Below are positions 8,853-18,559 of a stretch of DNA of 64,000 bases, piece after piece (within the stretch, counting starts at the first letter, position 1; each line of letters starts with the position of its first letter). The notes beneath the pieces are model-generated. The model had not been told where the DNA came from. It made no database searches and saw only the letters and a list, made by a program, of their open reading frames with translations. The DNA lies in contig CAWIGF010000001.1 in assembly GCA_963835585.1 (NCBI GenBank), forward strand, positions 125,160 through 189,159, read 5' to 3'. The DNA is from an uncultured Candidatus Woesearchaeota archaeon (GTDB taxonomy: Archaea; Nanobdellota; Nanobdellia; Woesearchaeales; UBA10107). The position numbers and the translations under genes are program-made.

Positions 8853-9869
8853 ATGCCTATGGCTATGCAGGAACACTTTAAAAAGATATTTTTGGGAAAG
8901 GACCCTCTGAACGATATCATAGGACAGGACAAGGTAAAGCACGAACTCAAATCAGCATTGCTGATAGGGAGGCATGTCCTCATAATAGGACCTCCTGGAA
9001 TTGGAAAAACCACAATCGCAAAAAACATTGCAAAAATACTCCCTGACATGGAAGTGAATGATTGCCCATATCATTGCGACCCTCAGAATCCGACGTGCCC
9101 GGAATGCAAGATGGGAAAATCGAAGAAAAAGAAAGTATCAGGAGTTGAAAGATTCGTAAGAATCCAAGGAAGTCCTGATTTGACGGCAGAGGACCTTATT
9201 GGAGATATAGATCCTGCAAAGGCAATGGAATTTGGACCATTGAGTATTGAGGCATTCTCTCCAGGAAAGATTTTCAAGGCAAATAATGGGGTTTTATTTT
9301 TCGATGAATTGAACCGATGCCCTGAAAAACTCCAAAATGCGTTGCTACAGGCATTGCAAGAGGGTTATGTGACGATCGGTTCTTATGATGTTGATTTGAA
9401 CACAAACTTCATCTTCGTCGGCACGATGAATCCGGAAGATTCCAACACAGAAAAGATAGCGGACGTACTTCTTGATCGATTCGATGTCATATATATGAGT
9501 TATCCCGAAACGCTCCAGACAGAAATTGAAATCGTTAAGAAAGCGGGCAGAAAACTTGTCACATTTCCCGATAAACTCTTGACATTAGGCATACTCTTCG
9601 TAAGATTGCTTAGGGAAAACAAGGACCTCGAGAAAACTCCAGGAGTGCGAGCAAGTATAGGACTTTATGAACGGGCGCAGTCGAATGCATTCCTTGCCGG
9701 AAGAACCACTGTCACGGGAAATGATTTCAAGGACGCCATCATTTCTGTAATAGCGCACAGAATAAAACTCAAACCTTCCATTGGCTATCTGAAGACAGAG
9801 ATTGACTTTGTTAGGGAGCAGATAGAAAAATTCATTTCTGAACACGAGAAAAAAGGCGATTTTACCTGA
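8853..9869 (+). CDS. MoxR/ChlI-like AAA+ ATPase with Cys4 insert
   Basis: Walker A GPPGIGKTT, Walker B/sensor GVLFFDELNRCPEKLQNALLQALQEG, and an insert CPYHC-x7-CPEC. The first in-frame ATG is at 8853; the track start at 8838 is TTG. Confidence 0.75.
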   Translation: MPMAMQEHFKKIFLGKDPLNDIIGQDKVKHELKSALLIGRHVLIIGPPGIGKTTIAKNIAKILPDMEVNDCPYHCDPQNPTCPECKMGKSKKKKVSGVERFVRIQGSPDLTAEDLIGDIDPAKAMEFGPLSIEAFSPGKIFKANNGVLFFDELNRCPEKLQNALLQALQEGYVTIGSYDVDLNTNFIFVGTMNPEDSNTEKIADVLLDRFDVIYMSYPETLQTEIEIVKKAGRKLVTFPDKLLTLGILFVRLLRENKDLEKTPGVRASIGLYERAQSNAFLAGRTTVTGNDFKDAIISVIAHRIKLKPSIGYLKTEIDFVREQIEKFISEHEKKGDFT

Positions 9870-9912
9870 CGAGCTAGGCGACAGAGATAAGACAGCTGAC
9901 ATCGCAGGGAAA

Positions 9913-11049
9913 ATGGAGGAGCTTCATGGAAGCATGTCGAGCAACCCTGATGAGGAGGACAAACTCGCTCATTCAGTCATGGAGGCACAGGAAGAAATCG
10001 AACATGGGGACCTTGTCAATGAGGCCATGAACAACGGCATCACATCTTTCATGCCAGATATGATGTTCGAGCAGATGGTTGACAACTTTAAAATGGCAAA
10101 AAACATATTCGGAGAAACCATATTGAAGCAGGCAAGTGGCTACAACCCTGATTATATTGAACGAAACATCAAAATCCCTGAATTCAAGAGAGAATTGCGG
10201 GAGCGGATAAGGAAAAACCTGGACGATTTGAGGGACAAAGGAATTCTGGGGAAAGATTACACCATATCGGAAAAAGGGCTTAAAATGGCATCCTTAGTCA
10301 TGTATATCGAAGAACTCGACCATATCATTCCAAAAGGGATGTTCGGAGAAGTAATCCACAAAAAATATGCTCAATACGGCGATCATGAGGATGTGAAACC
10401 TTTCAACAAAAGTCACAGATACAGGGACATTGCACTTAAGCAATCAATCAAGACTGCGCTGCGAAGAGGGCACAGACAATTAAAAGTTGATGACCTTAAA
10501 TCATTTGACAGGCAGAGCAAGGGGCAGCTTGAAATTATTTATGGACTTGATGCATCCGGAAGCATGAAGGGAAAGAAAATGGAGGTCGCAAAGAAAGCTG
10601 GAGTTGCGCTCGCATACAATGCAATTGAGAACAAAGACAAAGTGGGTCTGATTGTGTTTGGAGAGGAAGTGAAGCACAGCATACCGCCATGCCAGAAATT
10701 TCCGCTGATTCTTGAGCACATCACTAAAACAAAACCAGCCAAGGAAACTGATTTAGTCAGTGTAATGAAGGAAGCAATTGAGCTGTTTTCTCCTGGAAAC
10801 ATCACAAAGCATCTTATTCTATTGACTGATGCACTCCAGACTGTTGGTGACAAGAACGACGTTCTTGATGTTGCATCAATGGCGCGAGAGGCTGGAATCA
10901 CCATAACAATAGTGGGCATCAAACTAGATAGAGAAGGGGCCGACCTTGCAAAGCAGATGACGGAAATAACAAAAGGAAAACTTTATGTTGTCGCTTCGTT
11001 GGAAAATATAGATACCTTGATTCTTCAGGACTATTACGAATTGAGGTAA
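9913..11049 (+). CDS. von Willebrand factor A (vWA) domain protein, partner of MoxR-like ATPase
   Basis: MIDAS motif DASGSM followed by VGLIVFG...LLTD in the C-terminal half. Confidence 0.75.
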   Translation: MEELHGSMSSNPDEEDKLAHSVMEAQEEIEHGDLVNEAMNNGITSFMPDMMFEQMVDNFKMAKNIFGETILKQASGYNPDYIERNIKIPEFKRELRERIRKNLDDLRDKGILGKDYTISEKGLKMASLVMYIEELDHIIPKGMFGEVIHKKYAQYGDHEDVKPFNKSHRYRDIALKQSIKTALRRGHRQLKVDDLKSFDRQSKGQLEIIYGLDASGSMKGKKMEVAKKAGVALAYNAIENKDKVGLIVFGEEVKHSIPPCQKFPLILEHITKTKPAKETDLVSVMKEAIELFSPGNITKHLILLTDALQTVGDKNDVLDVASMAREAGITITIVGIKLDREGADLAKQMTEITKGKLYVVASLENIDTLILQDYYELR

Positions 11050-11096
11050 AAGTACTTAAAGAAATCTATTTATACTCCCTATGCGGAAAATAATGT

Positions 11097-11735
11097 ATGA
11101 AAATACTGGCATTTACGGACATCCATGGGAATGCAAAAAGTCTAGGCTACGTTTCAATAAGTCAGACATTGAAGCGGCTTGAACAGTTCAAAAAAACGAT
11201 AAAAAAAGAACACATTGACGTTGCGGTCTGCATTGGCGATTTTACGTTCTTCAACGAACACGTCGAGCTCCTTCTCAAAAAAATAGCGGACCTTGGCGTC
11301 GATGTCCTGCTTGTGCATGGCAACCATGAAGACGAGATGGAAGTACGGATTCTCTCGAAACAATATCCAAGCATTCACTTCATGCACAAGAAAATGAAAA
11401 AAATAGGAAATTATACATTCATAGGCTATGGTGGAGATGGCTTTTCAAGGAGAGATCCTGAATTTGTCGCCACAATGAAGACATTGACGAAGAAACTTGA
11501 CAAGAAAGAGAAGATCATATTCATCTCCCATGAACCCCCTTATGGAACAAAGATAGATTATAGGGAAGGATACGGGCACGTGGGAAGCGTTGATTATCGT
11601 GAATTCATAGATAAAAACAATGTCGTTCTCGCACTTGCTGGACACATCCACGAATGTTTCGGAGAGGAGCAAAAGCTCAAGAAAGTCCTTGTTCTCGATC
11701 CAGGCCCTGATGGAAGGATTATCAATCTAGAGTAA
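11097..11735 (+). CDS. Calcineurin-like metallophosphoesterase
   Basis: Ordered motifs DIHGN, GDFT, GNHE and GHIHE. Confidence 0.8.
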   Translation: MKILAFTDIHGNAKSLGYVSISQTLKRLEQFKKTIKKEHIDVAVCIGDFTFFNEHVELLLKKIADLGVDVLLVHGNHEDEMEVRILSKQYPSIHFMHKKMKKIGNYTFIGYGGDGFSRRDPEFVATMKTLTKKLDKKEKIIFISHEPPYGTKIDYREGYGHVGSVDYREFIDKNNVVLALAGHIHECFGEEQKLKKVLVLDPGPDGRIINLE

Positions 11736-11767
11736 TATTTTTATACTGCCATCATTCTTAAAGTACG

Positions 11768-12265
11768 ATGAAGGTTTTGAAAACTATTCAAAAGCTGGAA
11801 AAGTCAAAGGAATACAGCTCATGGAAGAAAATACATGCAAAATCCTACTTGGTCCACGTTTTCAGGATGTTTGATGACGCGAACAAAGGAATTTGGCAAA
11901 TAGGATATTTCAATCCAGAAACTAATCTCATCAGTGTGTTCATTGTTGGCGATGCTATCACGAAGAATCCAGATGCGGAAGTATTCAAAGAGCAGGAAAA
12001 GCTTGTAAACAAGCTTGACACGACAAAAATCAAAGTGGATGAGGATGCTGCCATGAAGGCAGGCGAACTAGTTCTTGCTGAGAATTATAAAGGAGTTTCA
12101 GTGTTTAAGTCGTTCATGATACTCCAGAACCTTGATGAGATAGGTCAAGTATGGAACATAACGTTTGTTACGCAGCAATTCAAGACCGTAAATGTGAAAA
12201 TAGATGCAAAAGATGGAAAATGCATCAGCCACAAGCTCATTTCTCTGATAAGTGAAGAACATTAG
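11768..12265 (+). CDS. Hypothetical protein (possible PepSY-like tail)
   Basis: Clean 165-aa ORF in an operon position. I recognise no diagnostic motif. Confidence 0.45.
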   Translation: MKVLKTIQKLEKSKEYSSWKKIHAKSYLVHVFRMFDDANKGIWQIGYFNPETNLISVFIVGDAITKNPDAEVFKEQEKLVNKLDTTKIKVDEDAAMKAGELVLAENYKGVSVFKSFMILQNLDEIGQVWNITFVTQQFKTVNVKIDAKDGKCISHKLISLISEEH

Positions 12266-12514
12266 TATTATTTTCTTATAGAAAATAATTATGCGAAGCA
12301 TAGTTCATGGAATATAGCTTATATCTCAATGATATTTATAAGGTCGTACTGATTAACATAACTTTAATCCAACAAAAAGAGGAAGAATAATGACGGTCAG
12401 CTACGAAGCAGGGAAAAAATCCAAAAAACTCGACTCTTTTTTCACGGAAAACAACGAAGGCGGACATTAAATCTGTTAACTTTCATTGAAAATGGGGAAA
12501 AGGTGTTTAGACAA

Positions 12515-12536
12515 GGGCTTTGGAATCCCAAAGCCC
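12515..12536 (-). terminator. Hairpin just downstream of the thyA-folA-peptidase operon
   Basis: GGGCTTTGG-AATC-CCAAAGCCC forms a 9-bp perfect stem. It lies 9 nt past the stop at 12545 and is followed on the minus strand by T-rich tracts. Confidence 0.35.
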
Positions 12537-12544
12537 AATAATTT

Positions 12545-13057
12545 TTAACAATAATTCTTTGAAATATTTTTCAAGATGTTCGAATCAGGATGTATGCAGT
12601 GGAACCCATCTTTCCCCTTGAACAAGGCATAAATCAATTTATCAAAAGGAACTCCGACAACGTCTTTTTCCTTAAAGTATGGATTGAGAAGTGTTGCATT
12701 TTTTCCATCAAACCCAACTAACAACGAAGCATGATTTATTTCTTCTTTAATTGGATACAATGCTTCGCATGCATACATAATAAGCAAATCACATCCATTG
12801 TTTAACGCTTCACCTACAAATAGTTCAAATTCACGTGGGAAAGATTCCTGCACTCTGAAATCGACGCAAGAAAGAGGGATTTGTTTTCGCCTAAAATACG
12901 AATCAATTGTTCCTTTGATTCCTATGCCCCTTCCACATTCTTCGAGAATCTGCTTTTGAGAATCGAAAGGAACATTATGAATTTTCAAAATCATCTGCAA
13001 ACAAGCAGGAATGCAGTAATCACTTTGTTCTTGAGGGATATGTATATATTGCCTCAT
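12545..13057 (-). CDS. Papain-fold cysteine peptidase-like protein (C39-like)
   Basis: Candidate catalytic Cys in QSDYCIPACLQMIL and His in INHASLLVGF. The ATG at 13057 lies 4 nt after the folA stop. Confidence 0.4.
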   Translation of the reverse strand: MRQYIHIPQEQSDYCIPACLQMILKIHNVPFDSQKQILEECGRGIGIKGTIDSYFRRKQIPLSCVDFRVQESFPREFELFVGEALNNGCDLLIMYACEALYPIKEEINHASLLVGFDGKNATLLNPYFKEKDVVGVPFDKLIYALFKGKDGFHCIHPDSNILKNISKNYC

Positions 13058-13061
13058 TAAC

Positions 13062-13562
<501 letters not shown>

Positions 13563-14654
13563 TTAGACCGCCATTGACCTCTCTATTTTTGGATGAGGAT
13601 CATAGCCTTCAAACACTATGTCATCTATTGTAAGCTCATCGAATGGTTTTTTCGCAATCTTTAACACAGGAATCTTTCTTGGTGTTCTTGATAATTGTTC
13701 AAGAATTGCAGTAACATGATCATATTTCTCCTCGTTTGCATCTTTGGGTGCATTTTTGTTAACCCAATCCAAGATGTCCAAATGCTCGCTTGGAGAATGA
13801 ACGTGTTCAATTTTCTCCTGAAGTATTTTTAGGTTTTCTTTATACCACTGACCTCTCTTTTCCAAGCCTGTGTAAAAATGTGCATCCCCAAATGTATGAA
13901 CGAATCTTCTTGGAGTGAGTCCTATTTCTTGCGCGATAATTTGCGTAAGCATCGCATAACTCGCAATATTAAATGGAACCCCTAGGAATTGGTCGCAACT
14001 TCTTTGATACAACTGCAAGTCCATCTCTCCCTCATCATTTGAAGTCATCTGAAACATTACATGACAAGGAGGCAATGACATATCAGGAACATCTCCTGGA
14101 TTCCAAGCAGTGACCAAATGTTTTTTACCGTCCGGATTTTTCCTCATGTTATTTAATACTCTTCCGAGCTGGTCTATCTCAACAAGTTTTCCTTGTTTTT
14201 CATCGAAATATCTCCATTTTCTCCATTGACGTCCATAAATAGGGCCAGCGTCACCAAATCTCCCTGCAAACTCAGGACTTTCTTTTATTTTCTGAGCGTA
14301 TTCAAGCATCGCTTTATCCCAATCAGGAGAATACTTCACAATTCCTTTGGGAAAAACTCCTTCTTCCGCCATTTTGGGAAGATTATGTTCGAAGGCGTTG
14401 CCTCTCCAAATAGGGACATTATAATCCTCAAGAGGTTTTATGTTTGTATCTCCCTTTAGGAACCATAACAATTCCCGAATTATTGATTTCACTGCCATCT
14501 TTTTTGTCGTAAGAAGAGGAAATCCTTCCCTCAAATCATATGAATTCTGATATCCGAACAAAGAGATCAGACCAGAACCTTTACTTCCGCCCTTGAATCC
14601 AGAATATGAAGAAGTAATAATTGCCTTGCAATGATCTAGATATTGCTGAACCAT
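13563..14654 (-). CDS. thyA: Thymidylate synthase ThyA (two large insertions)
   Basis: LLWFLKGDTN, GPIYGRQWR, catalytic PPCH, LYQRSCD, PFNIASYA and FGDAHFY. Inserts of ~50 aa follow IW and follow DAHFY. Confidence 0.9.
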   Translation of the reverse strand: MVQQYLDHCKAIITSSYSGFKGGSKGSGLISLFGYQNSYDLREGFPLLTTKKMAVKSIIRELLWFLKGDTNIKPLEDYNVPIWRGNAFEHNLPKMAEEGVFPKGIVKYSPDWDKAMLEYAQKIKESPEFAGRFGDAGPIYGRQWRKWRYFDEKQGKLVEIDQLGRVLNNMRKNPDGKKHLVTAWNPGDVPDMSLPPCHVMFQMTSNDEGEMDLQLYQRSCDQFLGVPFNIASYAMLTQIIAQEIGLTPRRFVHTFGDAHFYTGLEKRGQWYKENLKILQEKIEHVHSPSEHLDILDWVNKNAPKDANEEKYDHVTAILEQLSRTPRKIPVLKIAKKPFDELTIDDIVFEGYDPHPKIERSMAV

Positions 14655-14798
14655 TTAACACCTCATCACTGTTAAGAAAAGACCCCGACTATTATTTAAA
14701 CAATTCCTTGTCAACCAATAGTGACAAAAATATTATGGAATAAAAACAACAAAGTATATATATTAAACAATTTTGGAAATGACGATGAGGGAGTTTAG

Positions 14799-15929
14799 AT
14801 GAGCGGTGAAGTTCTTTGTGATACAGAAATATTAGAATTAATTAAAAAAGGTGTCCTAAAAAATGCAGACCCTTCACTGGTTTCTTCATCAGGCATAGAT
14901 CTGAGAGTTGGAAGCAACAAAACAAGATTGCTTGGGGAAACGCCTCCATTACCGGGACAGACGATTGAAGAACTTCTAAAAAATGCCTCAATTGCCGATG
15001 ACTACAATAAAAAAAAGAAAGACTTCTTTGTAGAGGAGGGACATCCGTACATATTTGAGCTCGTTGAAACAATTAATCTTCCAAATAGTTTAACTGCAAA
15101 AATATTTAACAAATCAGGAAGAGCACGCATAGGAATAACAGCGAAAGGTGTCTTTGATTGTGTTCCTCAATATGATAAAATCCCTGCAGGCTATAAAGGA
15201 CGCATGTACACTGTAATGAATTCTACAGCATTTCCTGTGGTGGTTAAGCCTGGAAAAACAACCATACCGCAAATCCGTTTCTACCACGGAACTAGAGAAC
15301 CAATTAAAGGATGGGAATTAGAAGTTCTATTAAAAGATAAGAAAAATCCGATTTTGCTCAATCATTTCAACAGACCAATCAGATTTTCAGATAAGGAAAT
15401 GGAAGAAATATGCAGAACAGGAAAAATCCCTTTAACTGTTGATTTGTCACGAGAATTACAGGCATACATGGCAAGCGAACAAAAGAAAACGCTTGATTTG
15501 AGAAAACAAGATTTGTATATTCCTTATGATTTTTTCAAGGAAGTTCGTTCAAAAGAAAAGTCAAAAGTTGTTTACATACATCCTGGTAGCTTCACATTAA
15601 TAATGCCACATGAAAGATTGCGTATTCCACCAACACTCGCTGCTGAGGTTATTGAGTACAGTCCGGAACTAGGAGATATGAAAACAAGTTATGCTAATTT
15701 AATCAATTCAGGACATGGTTACAAAGGCAAGCATAATATGACAGGAGACCACATTGTTGGAGAAGCAAGAGCAAGAGACAGTCCAATTGTCCTTCAAGAC
15801 AGGCAGTTGCTTGCGTATATCCAATTATTACATATGTCTCATGTTCCAAAAAAATCATATGAAAGCAGCAAAAGCACTAATTTCGACAATCTTCCCGATA
15901 TTCTTCCGAGTATATTTAAGAAAAATTAG
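14799..15929 (+). CDS. dCTP deaminase-like protein, long (376-aa) form
   Basis: N-terminus (ILELIKKG...SSGIDLRVG) and later beta-rich segments resemble the dCTP deaminase/dUTPase fold. About twice the canonical length. Confidence 0.5.
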   Translation: MSGEVLCDTEILELIKKGVLKNADPSLVSSSGIDLRVGSNKTRLLGETPPLPGQTIEELLKNASIADDYNKKKKDFFVEEGHPYIFELVETINLPNSLTAKIFNKSGRARIGITAKGVFDCVPQYDKIPAGYKGRMYTVMNSTAFPVVVKPGKTTIPQIRFYHGTREPIKGWELEVLLKDKKNPILLNHFNRPIRFSDKEMEEICRTGKIPLTVDLSRELQAYMASEQKKTLDLRKQDLYIPYDFFKEVRSKEKSKVVYIHPGSFTLIMPHERLRIPPTLAAEVIEYSPELGDMKTSYANLINSGHGYKGKHNMTGDHIVGEARARDSPIVLQDRQLLAYIQLLHMSHVPKKSYESSKSTNFDNLPDILPSIFKKN

Positions 15930-15986
15930 ATTAAAACAAATAATTTTAAATACTCACCTAATTGTAGAAAATATAGAGGTGGTTGG

Positions 15987-16523
15987 ATGCTAATTGGCGC
16001 TGATGTTTTGTTAAAATTAGTCAAAGAAAACAAGCTAGTTGAGGGTCTTTCTGAAAGAGAATTGAACAATCCAGAGGGTGCTGGATTTGATATCAGGGTC
16101 GGAGATGTTTTCAGATTAAAAGGAGAAAGCTATCTAGGAATAACAGAGAGAAAAACATCAGAAATAGAAACGGTCGCAACATATGGAAAAGACAAGTCAT
16201 TTACCTTAAAGCCAGGAGAATATGTTCTAGTTAAGACAATTGAATCGTTCAACGTCCCTGGAAATCTTGCGATGTTTACTTATCCAAGAAGTACTCTACA
16301 AAGAGGAGGTGTTTTACTATTATGCACACAAACAGCGCCAGGATACAAAGGACCTCTGACATTTGGATTGAAAAATCTTGGAGAACATAACTATACATTT
16401 GAATTAGGAGCAAGATTGTTCCATGTTCAATTCCATCAAGTTGAGGGAAAAGCAATCAGAGAATATGAGGGGCAGTGGCAGGGCGGAAGAGTAAACACCG
16501 GCGGAAAAGAAACTCAAAACTAA
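15987..16523 (+). CDS. dcd: dCTP deaminase / dUTPase-family protein
   Basis: GAGFDIRVG, PGEYVLVKTIE, PRSTLQRGG and APGYKGPLTFGL motifs. Confidence 0.8.
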   Translation: MLIGADVLLKLVKENKLVEGLSERELNNPEGAGFDIRVGDVFRLKGESYLGITERKTSEIETVATYGKDKSFTLKPGEYVLVKTIESFNVPGNLAMFTYPRSTLQRGGVLLLCTQTAPGYKGPLTFGLKNLGEHNYTFELGARLFHVQFHQVEGKAIREYEGQWQGGRVNTGGKETQN

Positions 16524-16765
16524 TCAAACACCAATAATTTCTCTTTTGATGTAAATCCCGTCTTTATTCTAACTGGCCTTCCCAATAATTTCGTGAAAAA
16601 CTTCACGACCTCGATATTTGCCTTGTTATCTTGGGGTTTTGCCTTGATTGCGACCCTGAAAACCTTCCTTTCCTGGTCATAACCAAGAATTTTATTGTAA
16701 TGAGCGTTTGCCTTTACAATTATTTTCATTGATTTAGAAACAGGAACGTCAAATACATCAATCAT
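16520..16765 (-). CDS. DUF167 (YggU-like) protein
   Basis: The sequence (K)IIVKANA...FRVAIKAKPQDNKANIEVVKFFTKLLG is DUF167-like. The ATG at 16765 forms an ATGA overlap with the tfs stop. Confidence 0.6.
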   Translation of the reverse strand: MIDVFDVPVSKSMKIIVKANAHYNKILGYDQERKVFRVAIKAKPQDNKANIEVVKFFTKLLGRPVRIKTGFTSKEKLLVFD

Positions 16766-17073
16766 TTGTATTCTCTCCAAGTATGACCGCATTTCAGGCA
16801 CTTGAAGAACTGTGTTGCCGCTTCGTCGGCAGATCTTGTCTGTATTTCCCAATTATATGCTTCATTGTTGCCGCAATCAGGACATTTTGCCTTCACCACT
16901 GGACGAGTCTCCATATCTTTCTCAACGATACCAAGTTCCTTTTTTTCCTTGTTTAATTCCTCTGTGAATCGCCCAGAACCTTCCTCCGAATATCCACAAT
17001 GACATCGAAGTATAGTTGATATGCCTTCTTTCTTTGGCATCATAATGGAACCACATTTCTTGCAAAACTTCAC
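16762..17073 (-). CDS. tfs: Transcription factor S (TFS / RNAP subunit M-like)
   Basis: N-terminal FCKKCGS...CHCG zinc ribbon and a C-terminal CPDCG..QTRSADE..F.C.KCGH domain. The GTG at 17073 forms a GTGA overlap with the upstream stop. Confidence 0.85.
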   Translation of the reverse strand: MKFCKKCGSIMMPKKEGISTILRCHCGYSEEGSGRFTEELNKEKKELGIVEKDMETRPVVKAKCPDCGNNEAYNWEIQTRSADEAATQFFKCLKCGHTWREYK

Positions 17074-17684
17074 CTTACTGTCACCCCAAACAAAGACATT
17101 ATGTCCGCAAACCATATTTTAACGTAGCCAATTAGTGGTACATCGAATGACGCCTTGCCCAATATCACATCATGGGAAACAGTCTGCTCATTAACGCTTG
17201 CAGTAACAATCTGGGCCTCATTATGATCTCCTTTGGTCTCGAGTGGATCTAGACTGATGACTCTGTGAATTATCGGCTCGCCATTCGCTGCAACATATAC
17301 TAAAACATCACCAACATGTACATCTTTTGGAGCGGTCAAGATCATGACATCACCTATGTTAAATCCATTCGCGAATTTAAATTTCATAAATTCATTTTCT
17401 GATATATTAAATTGTCCATAGAAATTCCCTTGTGTACATATTTTTCCGGAACATATAGCCTGCGAATTCCACCACGTATTAAAATCGCTATCATGATGCA
17501 TACTTCCCGAAACAACAGCTACTACTGGAAAACTGCTTCCCAGAAAAAACGCAAGGACAGGAAATATTATGTATTTTATAATGATGAAAGCAAGAATCAA
17601 GTTGACAATCCAACTCCAAATACTATCATCTTCCCAAATGAAATGCCAGGTCCTCTTTGCTGCTTTCTTTACGTCAAAAGCCAT
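17070..17684 (-). CDS. Signal peptidase I, archaeal/ER type (S26B)
   Basis: One N-terminal TM helix, then the catalytic Ser box VVSGSM and His box PIIHRV, then GDHN. Start is Met46 of the track ORF (ATG 17684). Confidence 0.7.
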   Translation of the reverse strand: MAFDVKKAAKRTWHFIWEDDSIWSWIVNLILAFIIIKYIIFPVLAFFLGSSFPVVAVVSGSMHHDSDFNTWWNSQAICSGKICTQGNFYGQFNISENEFMKFKFANGFNIGDVMILTAPKDVHVGDVLVYVAANGEPIIHRVISLDPLETKGDHNEAQIVTASVNEQTVSHDVILGKASFDVPLIGYVKIWFADIMSLFGVTVR

Positions 17685-17704
17685 GTTCTTAAGTCCCCTC
17701 GATA

Positions 17705-17732
17705 CTCTTATAAACTTTTGGTATTTAAATAG
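17705..17732. promoter_or_regulatory. Divergent promoter region with two TATA-like boxes
   Basis: TTATAAAC at 17708-17715 lies ~25 nt before ATG 17737, which would suggest a leaderless mRNA. TATTTAAAT at 17722-17730 faces the minus-strand gene. Confidence 0.3.
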
Positions 17733-17736
17733 AAGC

Positions 17737-18444
17737 ATGGAACCAGTACGACTAAAAAAAAGCGATAAGTATGTTGTAAAGATCTGCTCGAATTGCTTAA
17801 AGCACGAATATAAGAGCAAGATGATTGAAACTACTTCATTAGATGACGCTGTCTACGACATGATTGAACAGCGCTTCAAAGGTGCAAAAAAAATTGAGTT
17901 GTACATTCCAGAGCACAAACAAAATCCTGGTTTAAATGTAGAAGCAGATGCTGTTGTTGACAAGAAATTTATCGTTCCAGTCATCATAAGCTATACTATT
18001 TGCGCGAATTGCTCAAAACTTCTCGGACAGGCATACAATGGGATTCTCCAGGTAAGAAATCCAACAAAAGAGATAACTGATTTTGTGAAAATGGAATTAA
18101 AAAATGCAAAAGAAGGCATACACTGCATAAAAGAAGAAGAAGTTGTGAACGGAAAAGATTACAAAATAACTGACGCACAATTCACACGAAACCTGAGCAG
18201 AAGATTGCAAAATAAATTTGGAGGAGAACTCTTGATTACCGCAAAATTAGTAAGTAGGAGCAGCCAAACGAGCAAGGACCTATACCGAATAACCGCGTTA
18301 TTCAGGTATCCAAAGTTTAGAAAGGGGGATATCGTATCATATAGAGGAAGAGAGGTCAAAATTATAAATTTCACAAAGAAAGTTTTTGTTGAAGACGTGC
18401 AAACCCACAAAAAAGAGCAAGCCAATTACAATTCGATACTATAA
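17737..18444 (+). CDS. NMD3-like ribosome biogenesis protein
   Basis: CSNC..., ICANCSK Cys pairs and the hallmark Y.GILQVR block. Start is the ATG at 17737, downstream of the divergent promoter. Confidence 0.55.
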   Translation: MEPVRLKKSDKYVVKICSNCLKHEYKSKMIETTSLDDAVYDMIEQRFKGAKKIELYIPEHKQNPGLNVEADAVVDKKFIVPVIISYTICANCSKLLGQAYNGILQVRNPTKEITDFVKMELKNAKEGIHCIKEEEVVNGKDYKITDAQFTRNLSRRLQNKFGGELLITAKLVSRSSQTSKDLYRITALFRYPKFRKGDIVSYRGREVKIINFTKKVFVEDVQTHKKEQANYNSIL

Positions 18445-18559
18445 TTCGTCACCTTCTCAAGACAGCAGAATGTATTTATATTAAATATATGTGTTAAAAT
18501 CATAATTACAAGTTCATAAAAGGTCTAACAGGCAAGACCCATACGATGCTAGGAAGGAC

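Noticed and set aside
17569-17736. Upstream extension of the NMD3-like ORF, and 17685-17819 extension of the signal peptidase ORF
   Set aside because: The two extensions overlap each other on opposite strands and cross the TATA-containing spacer. Internal ATGs at 17737 and 17684 give non-overlapping genes with sensible N-termini.
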